Shown here: positions 59,620-64,000 of the stretch, in pieces | Layout: every line of letters begins with the position of its first letter | Numbering within the stretch: the first letter of the stretch is position 1 | Origin: Chloroflexota bacterium | GTDB taxonomy: Bacteria; Chloroflexota; UBA11872; VXOZ01 | Length of the DNA: 64,000 nt | Assembly: GCA_965221905.1 (NCBI GenBank) | Contig: OZ244922.1 | Location: 2,720,001-2,784,000 of the forward strand | Reading direction: 5' to 3' | Program-made: the position numbers and the translations under genes | The notes under the pieces: model-generated | What the model was told of the DNA's origin: nothing | Databases searched by the model: none | What the model saw: only the letters and a program-made list of their open reading frames with translations

Positions 59620-59970
59620 GGCCATTGAACGCAACGTCTCAAGACTTCCTCACGATTTTCTGTATTCTCCAGGCCAAAGTGAAGCGATGTATTGCATTAT
59701 TCTGTAGGCATACATACAGAATCGGGCTGTCACCTTGGTATACTTAGAGCCAAGCAGGTCGGATGTACACCCAAGGCGCGGCAACCCAAAAAACCCGCGC
59801 CGAAGTTACATGCGGCGCTGGCGACCGGGCACACAGAACGCCTGGTTGCAGTGCGCTGACTCTGCAACAGATAGCCAAGGTGGTTTGGCTTATCAGAGCG
59901 CAACGGCGATCCATGCTGTGGCGTTGACCGTTTCGTTCAATGAACGTGTTGGGAAGGGAGGGCATATCGC

Positions 59971-60708
59971 ATGTTTCTCGATGTAGGAATTGCATTCGGC
60001 GGTGGAATTCTCTCTTTTCTCTCGCCGTGCTTTCTCCCACTCATACCGGCCTACCTTGTTTACCTCGGTGGACGCCAAGCCAACGCCGTCCGCCACGATA
60101 AGTCACCGCGCCGTGCCGTCTTCATCAATGCCCTCGCTTTCATTCTCGGATTTGGCACGATATTCATCGCCCTCGGTGTAGCCATTACCTTCGTCGGCCT
60201 TGCCTTTCAGCAGGGGCTGCCTACGATGCGGCTTGTCGGCGGCGGGTTGCTCGTCATCTTTGGACTAAGTTTCCTGGGCCTCCTCCGTGTGCCCTGGCTG
60301 CAGCAAATCCTGCAGCGTGAAGTTTCGCTCCGCAACACGCCGCTGGGCCGCATCGACACGGAGAAGACCGGTCCAATCACCTCTTACTTGATCGGTCTCG
60401 TATTCGGGACGGGCTGGACGCCCTGTGTCGGCCCGATACTCGGGGCAATTCTGCTCCAGGCTTCCGGTTCCGACACTGTGCTCCGCGGGGGCATCTTGCT
60501 GGCAATTTACGCCGCCGGCATGGGCATTCCGTTTCTCGCCATGGCAGTGGCCATCGATCGGGCCTCTGCGCTTCTCAAATGGCTCAGGTCCCACATGTTG
60601 GCGGTCGAACGGGTGAGTGGCGTGTTCCTGATCCTAATGGGGATTGCGGTCGCAACGAACTTTCTAGCGATGATCTCTGGCATACTCGGGATATACTCGC
60701 TAGGATAG
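59971..60708 (+). CDS. ccdA: CcdA/DsbD-beta transmembrane electron transporter
   Basis: FLSPCFLP and GWTPCVGP redox Cys motifs; about 6 TM segments. Confidence 0.94.
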   Translation: MFLDVGIAFGGGILSFLSPCFLPLIPAYLVYLGGRQANAVRHDKSPRRAVFINALAFILGFGTIFIALGVAITFVGLAFQQGLPTMRLVGGGLLVIFGLSFLGLLRVPWLQQILQREVSLRNTPLGRIDTEKTGPITSYLIGLVFGTGWTPCVGPILGAILLQASGSDTVLRGGILLAIYAAGMGIPFLAMAVAIDRASALLKWLRSHMLAVERVSGVFLILMGIAVATNFLAMISGILGIYSLG

Positions 60709-60911
60709 CAGGTAAGGGATCAAATTCTTCACTAGGGTGGTGTACGATCAGTGCCGGTATGTTCGAGACTCCAAAGACGAATGAGGTCAAAGGACGGTAG
60801 TTCCGGAGTGGGCACTGGATGTTAGTATGCCGGACTATGCCTAATAGGGTCTGAGGCCATAGAACTTTCTGAGTGTCGCGTGTAAGAAAGAAACAATAGG
60901 GAGTGAGAGCA

Positions 60912-61580
60912 ATGCGACGACGATCTGTATGCTCGCTACTGCTCAGCGGTGCGTCCGTAGCCGCGCTAGCGGCGTGTGGCGGCGGCTCAACACTGCTAGA
61001 AACTGAGGAGCAAGAGCCGGCAAGCGCCAAGCAAGAGGCCGCGGCGGAGCCGACCGCCGCCCCTGCGGAAGCTCAACCGACGGCTGAACCCGCGAAGCAA
61101 GCTGAAGTTGAGCCGACGGCCGCGCCAACCCTTGACCTGCCCAACTTTGGGAAGGCACCGGAGATTACGCTCACGGAATGGCTCAATTCCGAGCCCATTA
61201 CGTTGGCAAGCTTGGAGGGCAAGGCTTCCGCTCTAATTGTCTTCTGGACATACACCTGACCGATTTGCCGCGGCGAAATCCCCAGTTGGGTGGATATTCA
61301 GAGCAAGTACGTTGACGACGGCTTCAAACTCATCAGCATCCACATCCCGGCCTTGGGTGCTTCCACGGACGTAAGCGTCATTGCCGAACAGGCATCAAAA
61401 CTTAACGCTGCCTTTCCGATTGGGATAGACAACGGTAAGGTAATCTGGGACGCCTTCGGCAACAATGCCTTTCCGGTAGCCTACGGTATCGATAAGCAAG
61501 GGAACATTCGCTCTAAGCAGGTCGGTCCCGGCATCGATACGATCATTGAGGTAATAGAGAAGCTCAAAGCGGCGGGCTAG
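60912..61580 (+). CDS. Selenoprotein: Tat-lipoprotein TlpA/DipZ-like thioredoxin, UPIC active site (Sec at TGA 61257-61259)
   Basis: ORFs 60903-61259 and 61290-61580 are in the same frame and read FWTYT-U-PICRGEIP...ISIH.P...IDN...FP...IDKQGNIR; signal RRRS..LAAC. Confidence 0.88.
61278..61295 (+). promoter_or_regulatory. Putative bacterial SECIS hairpin
   Basis: ATCC-CC-AGTTG-GG-T-GGAT beginning 18 nt after the UGA; G near the loop start, bulged U. Confidence 0.7.
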
Positions 61581-61617
61581 CACTACGCCACTTGAGTTAG
61601 CGCTCTTTGGAAGAGTT

Positions 61618-61654
61618 GCCCGCTTGCGGTCCGATAGTCTCACCGCAAGCGGGC
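61618..61654. terminator. Hairpin between the convergent selenoprotein genes
   Basis: GCCCGCTTGCGGT-N11-ACCGCAAGCGGGC followed by CTTATT. Confidence 0.6.
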
Positions 61655-61868
61655 CTTATTGCCTAGAGTCGCAAACCGGCGTGCCAGATGCGAGTCTCTT
61701 GTGCCGTGAAGACGAAGGGCTGCAGGAACCAACGGCGCATACTTGAGCGGGGAGGGGTCTCCTTTAGCTGACGATCAGACTGTGATGCTTACGGACCCCT
61801 CAAACTAAACTTTCTTCCTTACGAACGAGCTACATGTATCCGAAACTATTGAGCAGCGCCCCCACCTC

Positions 61869-62540
61869 TTAGCCAAATTCCTTGAGCTTCTCCACGGCTT
61901 CAATCACGATCTCGAAGTTACCGCCGCCGAATTTCGCAAACCGGATATTGCCCTGCCGATCGATGCCGTAGAATGCCGGCCACGTACGGTTGCCAAAGGC
62001 ATTCCAAAGTACCAGATCGTTGTCCACTACCACCGGATAGTTGACGCCGAGGGCGTCGGCCCGCTCCTTAATCTGGCTGATGTCACCAGAAGAACCGGCG
62101 TGCGGAAAGTGCACGCTGATCAGCTTGAAGCGGTCGTCGTGGTAGGTATTGAAGAGGTCCACCAAACTGGGGACTTCGCCGCGGCACACCGGTCAGGTGT
62201 AAGTCCAGAAGACCACCAGGGCAGCGGCTTTGCCTTCCAGACTCGCCATGGTGATGGGTTCAGAGTTGAACCAACCTGTGAGGGTAATCTCGGGTGCCTT
62301 GCCGAGGTTAGGCAGGTCAAGTGTTGGCGCCTGTGTGGCCGCAGGTTGCGCCTCCGCTTGGCTCTCAGACTTTGGCTGCTCTTGCGCCGGGGCGGCAGTC
62401 GGCTCCGCCGCGGCCTCTTGCGTGGTGCTTGCCGGCTCTTGCTCCTCAGATTCCGGCAGTGCTGAGCCGCCGCCGCACGCTGCCAGCGCGGCTACGGACG
62501 CGCCGCTGAGCAATAGCGAGCATACAGAACGTCGTTGCAT
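61869..62540 (-). CDS. Selenoprotein: Tat-lipoprotein TlpA/DipZ-like thioredoxin, UPVC active site (Sec at TGA 62195-62193)
   Basis: ORFs 62193-62540 and 61869-62189 are in frame and read FWTYT-U-PVCRGEVP...ISVHFP...VVDND...NRTWP...IDRQGNIR. Confidence 0.88.
62157..62174 (-). promoter_or_regulatory. Putative bacterial SECIS hairpin
   Basis: GTCC-CC-AGTTT-GG-T-GGAC at the same offset as in the paralogue, with a compensatory A-U to G-C base pair. Confidence 0.7.
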
Positions 62541-62787
62541 CGTTCGCCTCCAATTCCATTACCGTGCCAGCTAGCTGCTGTTTATCCAAAGCGCGCTTTG
62601 TTCCGCTGAACCGCTCTCTCCCGTACTGTTTCACATGGCATCGCGGCCTTCACGCTTCACTTATTTCTATCGTAACGAGTACGATCCAAGATTTCCAATT
62701 ACATAGTCTCTGAACACTTCAGCTACTGAGCACGCCTGTGCTAGGCTACTCGAAAAGGTAACTATACAAAGACAAGGAGCGAGTCTA

Positions 62788-64000
62788 ATGGACTCTCCGG
62801 ATCTTCCCCAGCCCGAACCAACGCTCGGCAATACCGCTTGGTGGACACATGACCGTTTCGGCATTTTCATTCACTGGGGAATCTACGCGCTGGCCGCCCG
62901 CCACGAATGGGTGAAGAAGTACGAGGAAATCAGCGACGCGGACTACCAACCGTACTTCGACCACTTCGACCCCGATCTCTACGACCCGGCGGCCTGGGCG
63001 CGGAGCGCGCGGGAGGCAGGGATGCGCTATGTCGTCCTCACCAGCAAGCACCATGACGGTTTCTGCTTGTGGGACAGCCGGCTTACCGATTACAAGGCCA
63101 CGAATACCCCCGCCCGGCGCGACCTCTTGCAGCCGTTCGTCGAGGCCTTCCGCGCTGAGGGACTCAAGGTCGGCTTCTACTATTCGCTGATTGACTGGCA
63201 CCATCCTGAGTTTCCCGTAGACGGCGTGCATCCCCAGGCAAACGACCTCGCGTTCCGGGAGGCTACCAAAGATCGCGACGTGCGCAAGTACGCCGCATAC
63301 CTCCACGGCCAGGTGCGTGAAATTCTCACCATGTTCGGCACCATCGATCTCCTCTGGCTCGACTTCTCCTACTCCCAGCAAGACTATGGCTGGAGCAAGG
63401 GCAAGGGCAAAGACGACTGGCAGAGTGAGGAACTCATCCGGATGGTGCGCGAGTTACAGCCCGATATCATCATCAACAATCGCTCTGAATTGGAGCAGGA
63501 CTTCCACACGCCCGAGCAATTCATCCCGCCCAGTTGGCTGCACGTAGACGGCAAGCCCGTCAATTGGGAAGCCTGCCAGACCCTCAATGGCTCCTGGGGC
63601 TACCACCGGGACAATCTGGACTGGAAGTCGCCCAAACTGCTCGTGCAGATGCTCATCGATTGCGTCTCCAAGGGCGGCAATATGCTGATGAACGTCGGCC
63701 CCACGGGACGCGGCGAGTTCGATCCACGCGCCCAGGCGACGTTGGCAGAAATCGGCGAATGGATGCGGCAGCACGGGCGCTCGATCTACGGGTGCACGCA
63801 AGCGCCGTTCACACCGCCGGCGGATTGCCGATACACGTATAACCCGGAGACGAATCGGCTCTATCTTCACGTCTTCGCCTGGCCGCTCAAGTATCTGCAC
63901 TTGCCGGGCCTCCGCAACCGCGTACGCTACGCGCAACTCCTGAACGACGGTTCCGAAGTCAAGACCTTCGACTTCACCCAGCATCACCGCTATCCCAGCG
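62788..64000 (+). CDS. Alpha-L-fucosidase (GH29), 3' end beyond the window
   Basis: Not in the ORF track because it has no stop. Manual translation: MDSPDL...WWTHDRFGIFIHWG, TSKHHDGFCLW, YYSLIDWHHP, WLDFS, WEACQT, VSKGGNMLMNVGP. Confidence 0.93.
   Translation, partial: MDSPDLPQPEPTLGNTAWWTHDRFGIFIHWGIYALAARHEWVKKYEEISDADYQPYFDHFDPDLYDPAAWARSAREAGMRYVVLTSKHHDGFCLWDSRLTDYKATNTPARRDLLQPFVEAFRAEGLKVGFYYSLIDWHHPEFPVDGVHPQANDLAFREATKDRDVRKYAAYLHGQVREILTMFGTIDLLWLDFSYSQQDYGWSKGKGKDDWQSEELIRMVRELQPDIIINNRSELEQDFHTPEQFIPPSWLHVDGKPVNWEACQTLNGSWGYHRDNLDWKSPKLLVQMLIDCVSKGGNMLMNVGPTGRGEFDPRAQATLAEIGEWMRQHGRSIYGCTQAPFTPPADCRYTYNPETNRLYLHVFAWPLKYLHLPGLRNRVRYAQLLNDGSEVKTFDFTQHHRYPS

Noticed and set aside
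59699-59722. Operator-like inverted repeat ATTCTGTA-N8-TACAGAAT upstream of ccdA
   Set aside because: Single occurrence, 250 bp from the start codon, no matching regulator; could be chance.
60903-62540. Two nonsense-mutated pseudogenes or four small genes
   Set aside because: The same TGA at the catalytic Cys position in both diverged paralogues, intact downstream frames, SECIS-like hairpins and selB all argue for selenocysteine.

Overview
A GC-rich bacterial chromosomal segment; the gene style (Tat-lipoprotein sugar-binding proteins, many Gfo/Idh/MocA enzymes and sulfatases, UPF0182, palindromic repeats) suggests Chloroflexota, which is inference only. Positions 1-24 kb are mostly housekeeping: larB, eno, folD, fchA, purSQLFMN, UPF0182, an FtsH-like protease, a frameshifted AAC(3)-family gene, nrdR, mnmE, pyrE, recQ and a Nudix hydrolase. 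Positions 24-48 kb form a sugar/sulfate catabolic island studded with REP-like palindromes. Positions 48-64 kb carry a TPP-riboswitch-controlled cytX-like permease, selB, a secreted HNH nuclease, murF, ddl, prs, ccdA and a GH29 fucosidase. Main signals: (1) two convergent Tat-lipoprotein thioredoxins next to ccdA, each split by the ORF caller at an in-frame UGA that forms a UxxC site and is followed by a covarying SECIS-like hairpin, with selB about 8 kb away; (2) an NrdR with a tandemly duplicated Zn ribbon, preceded by two NrdR boxes 32 bp apart; (3) a FolD lacking its cyclohydrolase residues beside fchA; (4) a 23-bp mini-palindrome inserted at the same site inside three separate REP copies. 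No database searches were run; all calls come from motifs read by eye.
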